From the human T2T-CHM13v2.0 reference genome, Homo sapiens: 64,000 bases of DNA. The DNA is taken from the NCBI RefSeq assembly GCF_009914755.1, contig NC_060941.1; one strand, written 5' to 3'. Below, piece after piece: positions 26,577-42,837 of the stretch. The translations under genes were made by a program, and so were the position numbers. Every line of letters starts with the position of its first letter. Positions within the stretch are counted from its first letter, which is position 1. The notes below the pieces were generated by a model, which did no database searches, was not told where the DNA came from, and worked only from the letters and a program-made list of their open reading frames with translations.

Positions 26577-28114
26577 AGCATGCCTTCTCTTAATAGGCAT
26601 AGTTGTATTTCTTCCTCTTAAATCTGGATGCTTTTAATTTCCTTCTCTTCTGTCGTTGCACTGGTGAGAACTTGCAGTATAATGTTGAATAAGAGTGGTG
26701 AGGGTGGACATTCTTGCCTTATTCTCGGTCTTAGCAGGAAAGCATTTTGTCTTTATTTAGCTGCTGGGTGTTTTGGTAAATGAGCTTTATCAAGTTAATA
26801 TCAATATTCCTTTTTTCTCTAAGAGTTTTTAAAAATTATGAGAGTGTTGAATTTTGTCAGATGCTTTCACTGCATTGATTGACATGATCCTGTGGTTTTT
26901 CTTCTTTAGCCTGTTAATACGGTAGAGGACATTTATTTTGGGATCTTCAACCAGATTTGCATCCTTGTGATAGATCCTTGGTCATATTACATGATTCTTT
27001 TAATGTATGGCTGAATTCTCTGTCAATATTTTGTTAAGGATTTTTGCATTTAAATTCATGAGGCATATTGCTCTGTAATTTTCTTTCTTTTTTGTATGAT
27101 CATTGTACAGTTTTGACATCAGGTTAATACTAGCTTCATAAAGTGATTGAGAAGTGTTACTTCCTCTTCTATTATCATGAACAGACTGTGTAGAATTGGT
27201 TTAAATTCTTCAAGTTCTTGCTAAAACTCTCCAATGATACCATCTACGCCTGGAGATTTCTTTACTAGGAGTTTCAAAATTATCAGCTGGATTTCTTAAA
27301 CAGTTACAGGGGTTATTTAAATGATCTATTTTATATTGGGTGAGTTGTGGTAGTTTGTGGATTTGTCTGTTTGTTGAGGAAGTGGTCCATTTCATCTAGG
27401 TTGCCAAATTTATGTGCGTAGAGTTGTTCCTAGCATTCCCTTATCTACTTATCTATTGATTCATTCCTTTCACAATGTTTATTATGCACTTGCATTTTTC
27501 TCTTTTTAAAATTGTGGTAAAACATATATAACATAAAATTTACCATTCCACTTTCTGTCTCTATGAATTTGATACTGTAGGTATCTCACTTTAGTGGAAT
27601 CATACAATATTTGTCCTTTTGTGCTGGTTTATTTAACTTAACATAATGTCTTCAAGGTTCATCCATGTTGTAGCAGGTGTCAGAATTATCTTCCTTTTTA
27701 ATGCTAAATAATATTTCATTGTATGGATATCACACATTTGGTTTCTCTGTTTATATCTGTTGATGGACACTTGAGTTGCATCTACCTTTTGACTATTGTG
27801 AATAATGCTGCTGTGAACACGGTGGTGCAAACACCTGTTTGAGTTCCTGCTTTCAGTTCTTTTGTGTGGATACCCAGAAATTGGATTGCTGGATCATATG
27901 GTAATTCTGCGTTTAATTTTCTGAGCAACTGTCGTACTATTTTCCACAGCAGTTGCAGCATTTTACATTCCCAGCAGCAGGACACAGGATTCCAATCTTT
28001 TCACATGCATGCCAACACTTACTATTTTGTGGTATCTCATTGTGATTTTGATTTGCATATTCTTAATGATTAGAGACAAATATTAATTACCTTTTCTTGG
28101 GCTTACTGGCCATT

Positions 28115-28116
<2 letters not shown>

Positions 28117-28152
<36 letters not shown>
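28117..28152. repeat. (TG)18 microsatellite
   Basis: Direct read. Confidence 0.95.
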
Positions 28153-28154
<2 letters not shown>

Positions 28155-28889
28155 AAATATCACTTGTCATCCTTATGATAGCTGCAGGGTCTATAGTGAA
28201 ACTCCCTTTTGCATTCCTTACATTGATACTTTGTGTCTTTCATTTTTATCAGTCTTGCTAGGGATTTGTTAACTTCATTGGTCTTTCAAAGAAATGGTTC
28301 CTTGTCTCAAAAATTTTGTTTTTTTCTTTTTGTTTTTAGTTCCATTGAACTATCTTTATTATTTCTTTCCTTCTGCTTGCTTTGGGTTTATTCTGCTGTT
28401 CTTTCTCTAGGTTGATGAGGTGGGAGCATAGATTGTTTGAGACTCTTTTCAAATGCATACATTTTAATCCTATGAATTTTCCTCTAAGCACTGCTTTAGC
28501 TGTGTCTCACAAATTTTGCATACATGCTGTACTTTCATTTTAATTCAATTCAATGTCAGTTTTCCCCCCTTGAAGCTGCCTCTTTGATCCATGGATTATT
28601 TAGAAGAATGTTATTTAGTTTCCAAGTGTTTTGAGATTTTCCTCTTATCTTTCGGTTTTTCTTTTCTAGTTTGATCCCATTTTGGCTAGAGAACACATTC
28701 TGTATGATTTTAACCATTTTAAATTTGTTGAGGTTTGATTACTTTGTTTGAGGACTAACTTGGTGTATGTTCCTTGCACACTGGAAAAAAATCTGTATTC
28801 TGCTGTTGTTGGATGGAACGGTATATAAATGCCAATTAGATCCTATTGGTTGATGGTGGTGTTGAGTTCTTTTGGGCTTGCTGAGGTTA

Positions 28890-29570
28890 CTAAGGCTACT
28901 TTGTTGATAAATCCAGTGGATATTTTCTTGTCTTCATCCAACTTGAACTCTCCTGGGTTTTTGCAGTAGCATCTTCACTCATCCTGCCTCAGTGTTGGTT
29001 CCTCTAGTCCATTTTCCATTTGGCAGCCAGAGCTCACCTTCTAGCAGGTGGGTCTGGTCCTATGGGCTCTTCAGAGCCTTTAGATTAATTTAAATTCCTT
29101 AGTCCAGCATGCAAAGCCCTTTGCAATGTGGTCTTGTTCACCTCCCCAGCTTTGTTTTCTGCCATTCTTCCTTGTACCCCATGAACCAGCCATCCTTGAC
29201 CAATGCCACTCTCCTTGAATAGGCTACCTCCCTCCTCTACTTAATGCTTTTGCATGCACTGTTTCCTGTGCATGGAACAACACTCAGGTTCCCCTTTATC
29301 CTGCCAGTCCTTCTCTTCCTCTCCACTCAGATGTCCCCTCTTCCCAGAAGCCTGCCTTGAACTTTCTCCCCATTCCAAAGAGATGGACCATCTATGTGTT
29401 GTCATACAGCTTTGAGGTTCTCTAGCTCAGCATTAATCATGCTGCCTTCCTTACTTTCAATTAGTCTGCTTTTCCCACAAGACAGGAGCTCTCTGAGGTT
29501 AAGGATTGTGGCTCAAGGGGCCCCTCAGGACATCTGGGGCTTAGCAGATGTGTAGATCCTGGCTGCTGAG
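28890..29570 (+). mobile_element. L2 fragments
   Basis: AAATCCAGTGGATATTTTC, GCAGCCAGAG, ACTCAGATGTCCCCTCTTCCCAGAAGCC motifs. Confidence 0.6.
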
Positions 29571-30166
29571 TGAAGCAGAAGCAAATGGCGTGTACATTAG
29601 AACCCAAATAGAGAAGTTGCTTGTTTTTTCTTTCTTGAAATGCAGCAGCCACTCCTTACTGCACCAAGGATGTAAGTGGAGCTTGACATTGGACTTTCCG
29701 ACTGCATGCTCCTAGAGGGCAGCTCTGTTTTGGCCTTGCTATCATCCCCCAAAACACTAGAGTGTGGGGGTTAGTTTCAGTGCTGATCTTTATTGCTCAG
29801 AAATTTTATTTTGTACTTACTCAAAGAGTTCTTTTAGAATTACTTAGATACAGTGGGTTTTTAAATCATATGTTGCTTTTATGCACAATAAAAAGGAAAA
29901 TATAAACAAAACTAATGGTTAAGAAATTCCTGACACTTCTTTGCCTTCGGAGTGAGGGATGTCCTTGTTTTTCACACAGTATTGTCCTCTGAGCCATCAA
30001 GAGCCTTTGTCAGGCAGGATTCCTTAGAAGAATTCTCCTTGGCCACCTCCAGGATTGTCTCCCAAGGCATTGGTGCCTGTATTGCAGAATATGCTGGTGC
30101 CTTGGACGTTTGCCCACATTTGTCTTCTCCAATTCTCCCACCCAACTGACAGAACAATGACACTAA

Positions 30167-30434
<268 letters not shown>

Positions 30435-30746
30435 TGACAACAATTTTAAGACATATCCCAAGTGTAGCATCCTTAGAGTGTGGAAAAAAAAAGTGTATCT
30501 TAGAGTTAACAAAATTTGATTAAATAATCCTTCCTTTTCCATTGTTTTGAATCATTTTTACCTTATATTCAGTTTCCATATGAACACGAGGTCTAAGTTC
30601 TCAGTTCTCTTCCACCAGCTGATCAGTTCTTGTGTGAGTATCTGGCACTCTGCCTTCTTACTATGGTGTGGAATATGCCTTCATGTCCAGGATGGCAAGT
30701 CCCCTCTTTATTCCTTTTTTTCAGTGTTATTAACCTAGCCTTATTT

Positions 30747-30747
<1 letters not shown>

Positions 30748-30826
<79 letters not shown>

Positions 30827-30847
30827 ATCTATCTACCTATCTATCTA
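30748..30847. repeat. Interrupted (TATC)n tetranucleotide STR, ~25 units, in an Alu tail
   Basis: Direct read. Confidence 0.97.
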
Positions 30848-31109
30848 TTTTCTTGAGACAGGGTCTTGCTCTGTTGCGGAGGCTGGAGTGCAGTGAATTC
30901 CTGGGCTTAAGTGATCCTCCCACCTCAGCCTCCCAAGTGGCTGGAACTACAAGTGTGCACCATTGTGCCCAGCTAATTCTTAAATTTTTTGCAGAGATGT
31001 GGTATTGCCATGTTGCCCAGGCTTGTCTGGAACTCCTGAGCTCAAGTGATTCTCCCACCTCAGCCTCTCAAAGTGTTGAGATTACAGGCATGAGCCACTG
31101 TGCCTAGTC
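30848..31109 (-). mobile_element. AluJ-like with an internal deletion in the right arm
   Basis: GTGCAGTG joins directly to AATTCCTGGGC. Confidence 0.92.
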
Positions 31110-31896
31110 TACTTTTATTTCTCTGTATACATTTTAGAATAGGTTTATCAAGTTCCTTTAAAAAAATCCAAGTAGAATTCTGGGTTTTTGTATTGAGTTT
31201 ATTGATTCATTACAGTGAATATATAATTTATAATTAATTTATAATACAATTAACACAAATTTAAATTACAAATTAATATAAAGAATGTTGTTAATATAAT
31301 TAATTATAATTAACATCAATTTATATTCATTTACATTACAAATCAATATAAATAAATTATGTTATAGAATACATTGTATTATATATTATATAATAATTAA
31401 TATAGATTAATTTTAATCTATATTAATAGATTGATTTGGTAAAAACTGATATCTTTATAATAAGTTATCCTATGCAAGAAATGAAGTGTCTCCTTTTAAT
31501 TCAAATCGTCTTGTGTTTTAAGTCATGCTTATTGAGGTATAATTTACACACAGTAAAATTCACTCCTTTTAGATACACATTTCTATGCGTTTTGACGAAT
31601 GTATACCGCGATGTAATCATTGCCACAATCAAGATATGGGCTATATTTGGGGTCTGTCTTTACTTGGGGAGAGCCCAGTCATCAAGCCAAGAAATCAAGT
31701 GTTGATTCTGGCCTTCAGCCCCCTTTGAAAAGAGCTGGGGAGGAATCAGCAAAGCCCCAGGAGTGGGGCATTTGCTGGTACGGAAGGTGGGAGTGAGATT
31801 TGCAAATGGGCCTTTCAGGCAGGGTCCTTCCATGGGGGCTAGGGTGAGAAATGACCTTAGTGCTGCCAACCAAGTCAACCACTGGGTAGATATGTA

Positions 31897-32757
<861 letters not shown>

Positions 32758-33018
32758 TAGGTCCCGGGCGGAGGAGATGGAGAGGGGAACCAGAGCAGAC
32801 AGAGACAGAAAGTCATTCAGCAGAGAGCATCAGAGACCCTGAGCGTGCTCACTCCCCTACCTGCAGCTCTCCTGCAGTAGCCCCCACTGCTTCATATATG
32901 TGCACTTACATTTTCAAAGGCAACTCTATAAAGGCCAGCCACAGCCCAGGAGAGGCTGCGACATCTTCAGTGCTCTCAGCTCCTGCACAAGGAGCTGACT
33001 TACTTAGCTTCTGGATAA

Positions 33019-33379
<361 letters not shown>

Positions 33380-33554
33380 CCCATCTTTTCTTTTTCAGAA
33401 AAATCTGAAAAATCCCATGGACCCTGGGAAGCTGCCAAGGGCCCCTCGCAGGAATCTGTAGTTAGGAAAATTCCATTGATAACAGCTGATGTGGATTGAG
33501 TCCAGGTGGCTGCCACTATGCTACAAACCTATGAGATATTGTTAGTTACCCCCA

Positions 33555-34240
33555 TGTGATGGTTAATTTAATATATTAACTTAAATGGGGCATGGAATGC
33601 CCAGATACTTGCTCAGACATTATTCTGAGTGTTTCTGTGAGGGTGCTTTTGGACGAGATTAACACTTAAATCCATAGACTGAGTAAAGCAGATTACCCTT
33701 CGCAATGCACTGAATGTTCTTGTCTCTCCCCCCAAAATTGATATATTAAAAACCTAATCCCCAAGGTGATGCTGTCAGGAGATGGGGCCTTTGAGAGGCG
33801 GTCAGGTCACAAGGGTTGAGCCTTCATCAGTGGGATTAGTGCTCTTATAAAAGAGCCTCTGGAGGACCCCCCACCCTTCTACCATGTGAGGGCACAGCAA
33901 GAAGCTGGCCGTCTGCAACCTGGAAGAGGACCCCCAGGGGAACCCCACCGTGCTGGCATCCTGACCTCAAACTTTCAGCCTTCAGAATGATGAGAAATAA
34001 CTCTCTGTTGTTTACAAGCCACCGAGTCTATGGGATTTTGTAAAAGCAGCCCAAATGGACGAAGACACCCTCCATCATGAGTGGGCCTCATCTAATCAGT
34101 TGAAGGTCTCAATGGTGTAGTTCAAGGTTAGCCCTTTGCTGAGTGAGTGAGAACTCTCCTACCTGATGGGCTGTGAGCTGGGACCTTGGCTCTCCCCGCT
34201 TCTGCAGCACTCCTCTGTTTTTCTGGAGAACTGTCACTAA
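33555..34240 (+). mobile_element. ERVL LTR MLT2 interrupted by MLT1A
   Basis: Starts TGTGATGGTTAATTT...AGACTGAGTAAAGCAGATTACCCT; resumes GTGGGCCTCATCTAATCAGTTGAAGG. Confidence 0.8.
33701..34067 (+). mobile_element. MaLR LTR, MLT1A-like
   Basis: CCTAATCCCCAAGGTGATG...GGGATTAGTGCTCTTATAAAAGAG...GCAGCCCAAATGGACGAAGACA; TSD CCCT(T/C). Confidence 0.85.
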
Positions 34241-34272
34241 GGCATTTTACAGATATGAAGAATGAAGCTGAA

Positions 34273-34538
34273 GGCCAGGCGTGGTGGCTCACACCAGCAC
34301 TTTGGGAGGCCAAGGCAGGCAGATCACCTGAGATCAGGAGTTCAAGACCAGCCTGGCCAACATGGTGAAACCTTGTCTCTACTAAAAATACAAAAATTAG
34401 CCAGGTGTGGTGGCATGCACCTGTAATCCCAGCTTCTAAGGAGGCAGAGGCAGGAGAATTGCTTGAACTCAGGAGGCAGAGGTTGCCATGAGCCAAGATG
34501 GCACCACTACACTCCAGCCTGGGCAACAGAGTGAGACT
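34273..34538 (+). mobile_element. Alu (AluS) lacking a poly(A) tail
   Basis: Ends at GTGAGACT with no A-tract. Confidence 0.95.
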
Positions 34539-34589
34539 TGGAACAGATGCAGAGTGAGCCAGTCCAACAACCCCTGCACTTCCGCCCCA

Positions 34590-35020
34590 CGCCCCTCTCC
34601 AGATGTAAACACTGTGACATTTTAGAGCATGCTCAAATAGGCATATCTTCCAGATCTTTTCTGCACAATAATATACATACAACAGCTTACATAATTGTCT
34701 GTACAAGAATATATACACATATAGGCACAATATATATGTGTGTGTGTGTCTACATATTTATATATTTCTAGCTTTAGTTGTTAAAAAATATTAAAAACTA
34801 CATAATTGTTTGAAGCTTGCTTTTTTGTCTAAAAATATATCTTGGAGAGCTTTCCACATCAGATCATTCAGTGACCTTCTGTGTGTTGACTGGTGCATAG
34901 TATTCCATGGGATGTGTGCACCACTATTCACTGTATCGTCTTATTCATGGACATTTATTTCCAATCTTTCCGCTCAGTTAGAGCAATGCTACAATGCACA
35001 GCCTTGGCTATTTTGTATTG
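34590..35020 (-). mobile_element. L1ME-like fragment
   Basis: TATATCTTGGAGAGCTTTCCACATCAG, GCATAGTATTCCAT motifs. Confidence 0.6.
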
Positions 35021-35037
35021 CATTAAAAAAAAAATCA

Positions 35038-35375
<338 letters not shown>

Positions 35376-35663
35376 TTATGTGGCACCAAGAAGGAAAAAG
35401 ATGCTGCTAGTTACAATATGGCACAATGTTCACTGTAAGCACATACAGTTCAGAGATGTGAACGTGTGAAAAAGTGTGTACCTTTGCTCTGTTGTTTGAG
35501 CAAACCTGTGGGAGAGCATCTTCGACGTGGAGGTGCTGGGCTGAGACGTGGAGGCTGCAAGGTGGACAGTACTTAGGGAGCAACATGGGCAAGGCGAAGG
35601 TTGGAGGCTGGGAGGGACATCGATTCAAATCATTGACAGAGGCTAACAGATGGTCCCGCATCA

Positions 35664-36030
<367 letters not shown>

Positions 36031-36049
36031 TTAGTGCCTTGGGAGGAGA

Positions 36050-36482
36050 TGAATTGGTTTCCTGTTGCTGCTGGAACAAATGACCCCACACTGCATGGCT
36101 TAGAACAATGGTTTTAGACACCAGGAGTCTGAAATCACCGTGTCTGCAGGGCCACACTCCCTCTCGAGGCTCTAGGGGAAAACCCTGCCCTGTCTTTTCC
36201 AGTTTCTGGGGCCCAGGTGTTTGCTGGCTTGACATGCAGCACTTCAGTCTCTGCTGCCATCTGCACGTGGCCTCCCCCTGTGTCTCTGAGTCTCAAATCT
36301 TCTGCCTTTCTCTCATGAGGACACTTGTTATTGGATTCAGGGTTCACTTGGATTATCCAGGATAATCTCATCTCAAATCCTTAACTTAATGACACCTGCA
36401 GAGACCCTTTTGCCAAATAAGGTCACATTCACCGGTTCTGGGTGGACATATGTTTTGGGGGCCTCTATTCCAATCTGCAACA
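36050..36482 (-). mobile_element. MaLR LTR, MLT1C/D-like
   Basis: TTTCCTGTTGCTGCTGGAACAAAT...ATCCAGGATAATCTCATCTC...AATAAGGTCACATTCAC. Confidence 0.85.
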
Positions 36483-37127
36483 GGAGGTGACTTCCTTGGG
36501 TGTGCTTGTCCACTCCTTAAGTCCCCAGTGTCCGGTCCAGAGCTGGTCACAGTGGCCCAGGAGCTGGGCAGACATAAGGGGTGAGCCTGTTTCTGGAGAA
36601 GCCCCATGTCCCACCAGTACCAGAGGCAGAATGTGAAGACTGGGAGCATGGGGCGGGAGAGTAACAAAGGCAGGTGGGAGGGGCTGCTCTGGGAACAGAG
36701 GGGAGGACGGGGACAGAGATGAGGAGGCTTCCCTCCTAGGGTACAATGGTTGCTCAGCTGAGGCCTGGGAACCTGGGGAGAGACACAGACATTCAGGCCT
36801 GATCCAGGAGGGTCGGGCTGGATTCAAGAGGTTGGGAAGACTTCTGCAGAATCAAGATATTTTAAACTAAGGCTTAAGACCTGCTGACACCAAGGCCTCA
36901 ATCTTGCCATCTGTAATTGCCTGTGACCTTATAAAACCTGTCCTCCCCTCCGGGGTCGTGTTTGTCTCTTTCCTGTGAGCTGGCTGGAGGCTGGGCTGTC
37001 ATTCACCATCCCCAGTAGCTATCAGGTCTCTATTTGGCAGTAGGCACACACGAAATGCACTCTTTGCCTGCAAAGCATCCTTGTCCTGGAGGAGAGAAAT
37101 GAAGGTAAAGAGCTGTCAAAATGCAGT

Positions 37128-37443
37128 ATGGTAAGTGCTGAGTGCTGCATGCTAAGTGCTGAGTGCTGCATGCTAAGTGCTGAGTGCTGCATGGTAAGTG
37201 CTGAGTGCTGTGTGGTAAGTGCTGAGTGCTGTGTGGTAAGTACTGAACGCAGCATGGTAAGTGCTGAGTGCTGTGTGGAAAGTGCCGAGTGCAGAGTGGT
37301 AAGTGTTGAGTGCTGAGTGCTGTGTGGAAAGTGCTGAGTGCTGTGTGGAAAGTGCCGAGTGCAGAGTGGTAAGTGTTGAGTGCTGAGTGCTGTGTGGAAA
37401 GTGCTGAGTGCAGAGTGGTAAGTGTTGAGTGCTGAGTGCTGCA
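37128..37443. repeat. Hierarchical 7/21-bp minisatellite
   Basis: GTAAGTGCTGAGTGCTGCATG-type 21-mers built from AGTGCTG heptamers. Confidence 0.95.
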
Positions 37444-37444
37444 G

Positions 37445-37600
37445 GCCACCCAGGTGCCTTCCACTCATGAGTGCCCCCACCCCCGTTTTACAGAAGAGGA
37501 AACTGAGACTCTGAGAGGGCGAGCTCCTGCCTAGCGACCCAGTGGTGATGGGGAAGGGCTAGAGCTCCACACTGCACCCATCAGATCCCAAAGTCTTGCT
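37445..37600 (-). mobile_element. MIR SINE
   Basis: CCCCGTTTTACAGAAGAGGAAACTGAGACTCTGAGAGG. Confidence 0.8.
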
Positions 37601-37846
37601 CTTTCTGGAATAATTCAGGAGTGAGAGAAGTTTGGTGGGGCGATGCCTGTGCAGGGAAGGAGGAGAGAGTGCAGGATGGGGCAGGAAGAGCCTCCCACTG
37701 GGGTGCCCTCTGACAAAGCCTAGGATCCCCCAACAGGGAGCTCCAGAACAAAGGTTGCCTTGGAAGGGTCATGTGAGTGGCCCACCTCCCAGCTCCTCTA
37801 GGACAGATAGGTGCCCAGAAATGTGGGGTTCATACCCCAGGCCTTG

Positions 37847-38243
37847 CGTGACTTTCCTGGGGCTGCCGTGATGAGTTACCACAAACTCAGCAGCTTAAAA
37901 CAATGGAAATTGATTATCTCAAAGTTCTGGAGGCCACAGGTCCGAGATCAAGGTGTCAGTAAGGCTGTGCCCTCCACAGGCTCTAGGGGAGACCCCTCCT
38001 TGCCCCTTCCAGTTTCTGGCTTGAAGCTGCTTCACTGCAGCCTCTGTCCTCACACAGCCTTCATCTCTGTGTGTCCAGATCTCCCTCTCCTTATAAGGAC
38101 ACTGGTCTTTGGATTTAAGGCCCACCCAAATCTAGTGGGACCCCATCTGAACTAACCACATCCGCAAAGACCCTATTTTGAAATAAGGTCACCTTCTGAG
38201 GTTTCGGGTGAGCATTTTGGGGGACACCGTTCAACCTGGTACA
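37847..38243 (-). mobile_element. MaLR LTR, MLT1B/C-like
   Basis: TTACCACAAACTCAGCAGCTTAAAACAA...TTATAAGGACAC...GGGGGACACCGTTCAACC. Confidence 0.85.
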
Positions 38244-38269
38244 AGTCCTGTCCAGAACTGGAGGAGTTT

Positions 38270-38520
38270 CTCAGAAATGAGATCTAAATGGACACCTGCA
38301 GGGGCCGGGAGGAGAGGGTTCTAGGCAGGGGATCAGCCTATGCACAGGCCCAGAGGCTAAAGATTGTGAAGCTGTTTCAGTACAGTGAGAACATTCTAGA
38401 AATAAGGATGGTGGGGGTCACAGGCAGGCATAGTGCCAAGGTCAGCAGGGCCGCATCAGGAAGGGGCCTCTGAGCCAGGTTCTGGAATCTGGCCTTTCTC
38501 CTGAGCCATGGAAAGGCCCT
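38270..38520 (-). mobile_element. L2 fragment
   Basis: GTTCTAGGCAGGGGATCAGCCTATGCACAGGCCCAGAGG. Confidence 0.55.
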
Positions 38521-39274
38521 AACCCAGGCTCCAGGGGATTGGCCTCCTCCCTCTCTCCAGGGCATGGGGTCTCCCTGGATGTCTGTCCCCGCCTGGGGAT
38601 GCTGAATCTCCCCTCCCCCTCATCTCTTCCCCTTCCCCTCCCCCAGCACCTGGGCTGCCTGCAGTGACAGGTTCCAGTAACCCATGCTCCTATCAGATCG
38701 CCAGACAGAACTGGGGCCAAGAGCACGAAGAGGATGGGGAGTGGGCGGGAGCGCTGTTGCTGGGAAATGTCTGGGACACTTGCCCTGCCTCACAGAGAGT
38801 GTCCGGCCACCTCTGATGCGGGACAGGAGCGCTCAGGGGAGGAAGGCGAGGACCTTAGGGCCTGTGCACCCTCCTCTCCAGGTAGGAAGACGGGAGGAGG
38901 GGGCCTTGGGGCAGCTCAGGACTGAGACTTTCTCCCTCCAGGTGGGGCGGAGCTGCCTGCACCTGCCTCTCTGAGCTCCTCTTGCATTGCTGGGGACTGA
39001 GGCGATTTCCAGGGCGTGGCACGAAAGCCTCTCTTCCTTTTGGATGACTTAAGAATCTGAGTTTCTTCCTGACAGTTGATCCCAGCCTGGAGGGTGTTCC
39101 TATCTTGTGTGGCGGTTTCAGATCTAGACCCCAGCCATGTCAGACTGGAAGGCAGCTCCTCCTCTGGGGCTCCCGAAAGAGACATTCCTGGGTAATCATC
39201 GTCAGCAACCCACCCCCACGGCACCACACGGCAGACCCCAGAGCCCTGGCTGCGCCTCTCTGCTCAGCCAGCAG

Positions 39275-39288
39275 GTTGCCATGGCAAC
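39275..39288. promoter_or_regulatory. Perfect palindromic RFX X-box GTTGCCATGGCAAC
   Basis: Exact 14-bp consensus in non-repeat sequence. Confidence 0.65.
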
Positions 39289-39688
39289 GAGCCAGTATAA
39301 GCATCTCCATCAATAAGCCGGAGGCTTCCCAAGACTCCTCGGGAGCCTGGCCCCCGACACAGCCTTGGGGTGGGAAAGAAACCACAAGGTTCCATACAGA
39401 GGTGATTAAATAGCAAGGAGAGGAACTGGGCATGAGAAAGGGCTCAGAGATGATTGCATCAAATGTCTGTGTCTTTTGCAAGTCCAATCCTGACACTGCA
39501 GTGAGAATTATTTGCTTGATGGGAAATGGCAGAGGGGATGTTCTGGATCCCAGACTATGGTGCTCACCAGACTTTGATTTGGGGCTACGGGGATGCAGGC
39601 TGCTAGTCTGTCTTTTAGCTGGTACACGTGTGTCCCCTGTGGCTACACCAGGCCTAATGAACTCACAGGGGTGCCCCAGGCTGAGCTA

Positions 39689-40096
<408 letters not shown>

Positions 40097-40589
40097 TCAG
40101 TGACCTGCTCTGTGATTTGTGAAGAACTTCACTCCAGCCTGAATCCTGTGCTTGGCACTAGAGAACCAAACAGCCTCTGCCAACTTGGGTTTGTAAAGGG
40201 ATAGAGAATGTTACAGGATAATAAGGTCTTTCCCTTTGGCTCTCCGCTTTCTCCAGGCATAATCTTGTCTACATGGAAGATCATCCCTGAGCAATGAGCT
40301 GCCTGCTGAGGGGGTGTGGTGAGTTGCACAGAGTTGAGGCACCAAGGTCGGGGGCAGAGCCGGACCAGCCACCCCAGCCCTCTTCAAAACACAGCAGGTC
40401 TGGGCTTCTCGCATAGATCGGCTGCCTTGTTAGAATAACCTGAATATAAACCAAGGTCTTGTGGGGCCCAGTCTCCAGACACTCAAAGAGGCTGGATCTG
40501 GCAGCCCCAAGAGGATTAAAGGGGATTCATGTCCCAGCATCCTTCCTCTCCTCCCTGGCTCTCTTAGATGTTGTAGCATCTAACTCACC

Positions 40590-41598
<1,009 letters not shown>

Positions 41599-42189
41599 TG
41601 ACCTGGATTCTCCACAACAGAAGCCCAGGAACTGACTCCCCACATAAGATCTATTTCCTTTATTTCCTTTGGTCCAGTGCCTCTCTCCTCCTCTTTCCAG
41701 TTCCACTCCCCAGGAGGCCAGGAGCTAGGTGGGAGGGAACCTCTCCCAGGAGGCAGGGCATAGAGGCAGGAAGGTGGAGCTGGGGAGAGGCAGAGACAAA
41801 GCTCTTTCCCTTTGAAATGGGCTGGGGTGGACCTGGGTGGGGCCGGAGGAAGATGGGACACACAGGTGAGATAATAGATCTTTCCTTCCTCGCGTAAGAT
41901 TTTATTTGAAGATTAGATTCTACAGCCAAAGAGAAGTTGAAAGCCGCTGGTCTAGACCAGCCCGTAGTCTAAGCTGGTGACTGAAGCCGAGGGTGTCAAA
42001 GTGGCTTAAGGTAGCCCTTGCAGCTTAAATGCAGGATGGGGGTTGGCACTGGGTCTTCTGACCCCGAAGTCTGCACTCTGTGCACCATGAGATGTGTCCT
42101 CTGCAGCAAAGAAGCTGAATGAAGGTGTCATATACGGAGTGCAAAGAGGACCCTGGGAGCAAATTCCATGTGCGTGTGTGGGCGGTGGT

Positions 42190-42770
42190 GGGGGTGGGAA
42201 GAGTTCCATGGGGAGGGTCATATCCTTCTGAGGGAGACTGAAGAGACCTTGTGGGAGAGATCTCATTGGAGGTGAACCTTGTACTGTGACCGGGCTGCAA
42301 GTACTAGAAGTCAAGGGAGGGAAGGCATTCCTCCAGGAGAGGGTAAGAGCAGGAGCCAGGGCCGGGGGAGCGCTGGGGAGCACTTAGACTACAGCCAGAG
42401 GTCTCTATTGTGCTCAGCATGCCTGGAGCTCTGAGTCTACATGGGTGCAGGTGGAGAAAAGACCAGAAAGGTTGCTGAGGCCATGTCTGCATGGCTTTGC
42501 ATGGCAGGTGGTTGAGTGTGTGCTGAGTTTGTTTGGCAGTGAGGAAGTTTAGGGCTTTGAGCAAGACAGTGGCATCCTGGATTGTGGGACACAGTGGGCA
42601 GAGCCTAGAGCTGGGAGGCCAATGAGGGCCAGGATGCCAGGAGGATGAGCAGGGCAGAAGGGGAGATGTAGCTTTGCCTGGAGGCTGGGCGATCTGTTCA
42701 GGCTTGAACCTAAGGGTGGAAATGCAGCCGGGGAGTGACCCCTGAAGGGGTGAAAGCTGCCTCAGCAAGT
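42190..42770 (-). mobile_element. Degraded L2
   Basis: GGAAGGCATTCCTCCAGGAGAGGG and AGGGCTTTGAGCAAG motifs. Confidence 0.55.
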
Positions 42771-42837
42771 GATCAGCAAAATCCATCGATACTTGAAATG
42801 GACCAAAGGGTCTTCTGTTTAGAAGAAGCTGCTTGCG

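Larger units (their letters stand above)
30500..31640 (-). mobile_element. Degraded L1M fragments with an AT-rich low-complexity tract (31200-31435)
   Basis: TTTAGAATAGGTTTATCAAGTTCC and TTATTGAGGTATAATTTACA motifs. Confidence 0.6.

Noticed and set aside
31200-31435. Very AT-rich tract
   Set aside because: Low-complexity expansion within an L1 remnant; no defined unit or motif
37022-37480. Repetitive HSALSTQ / STQH ORFs
   Set aside because: Translation of the 21-bp minisatellite
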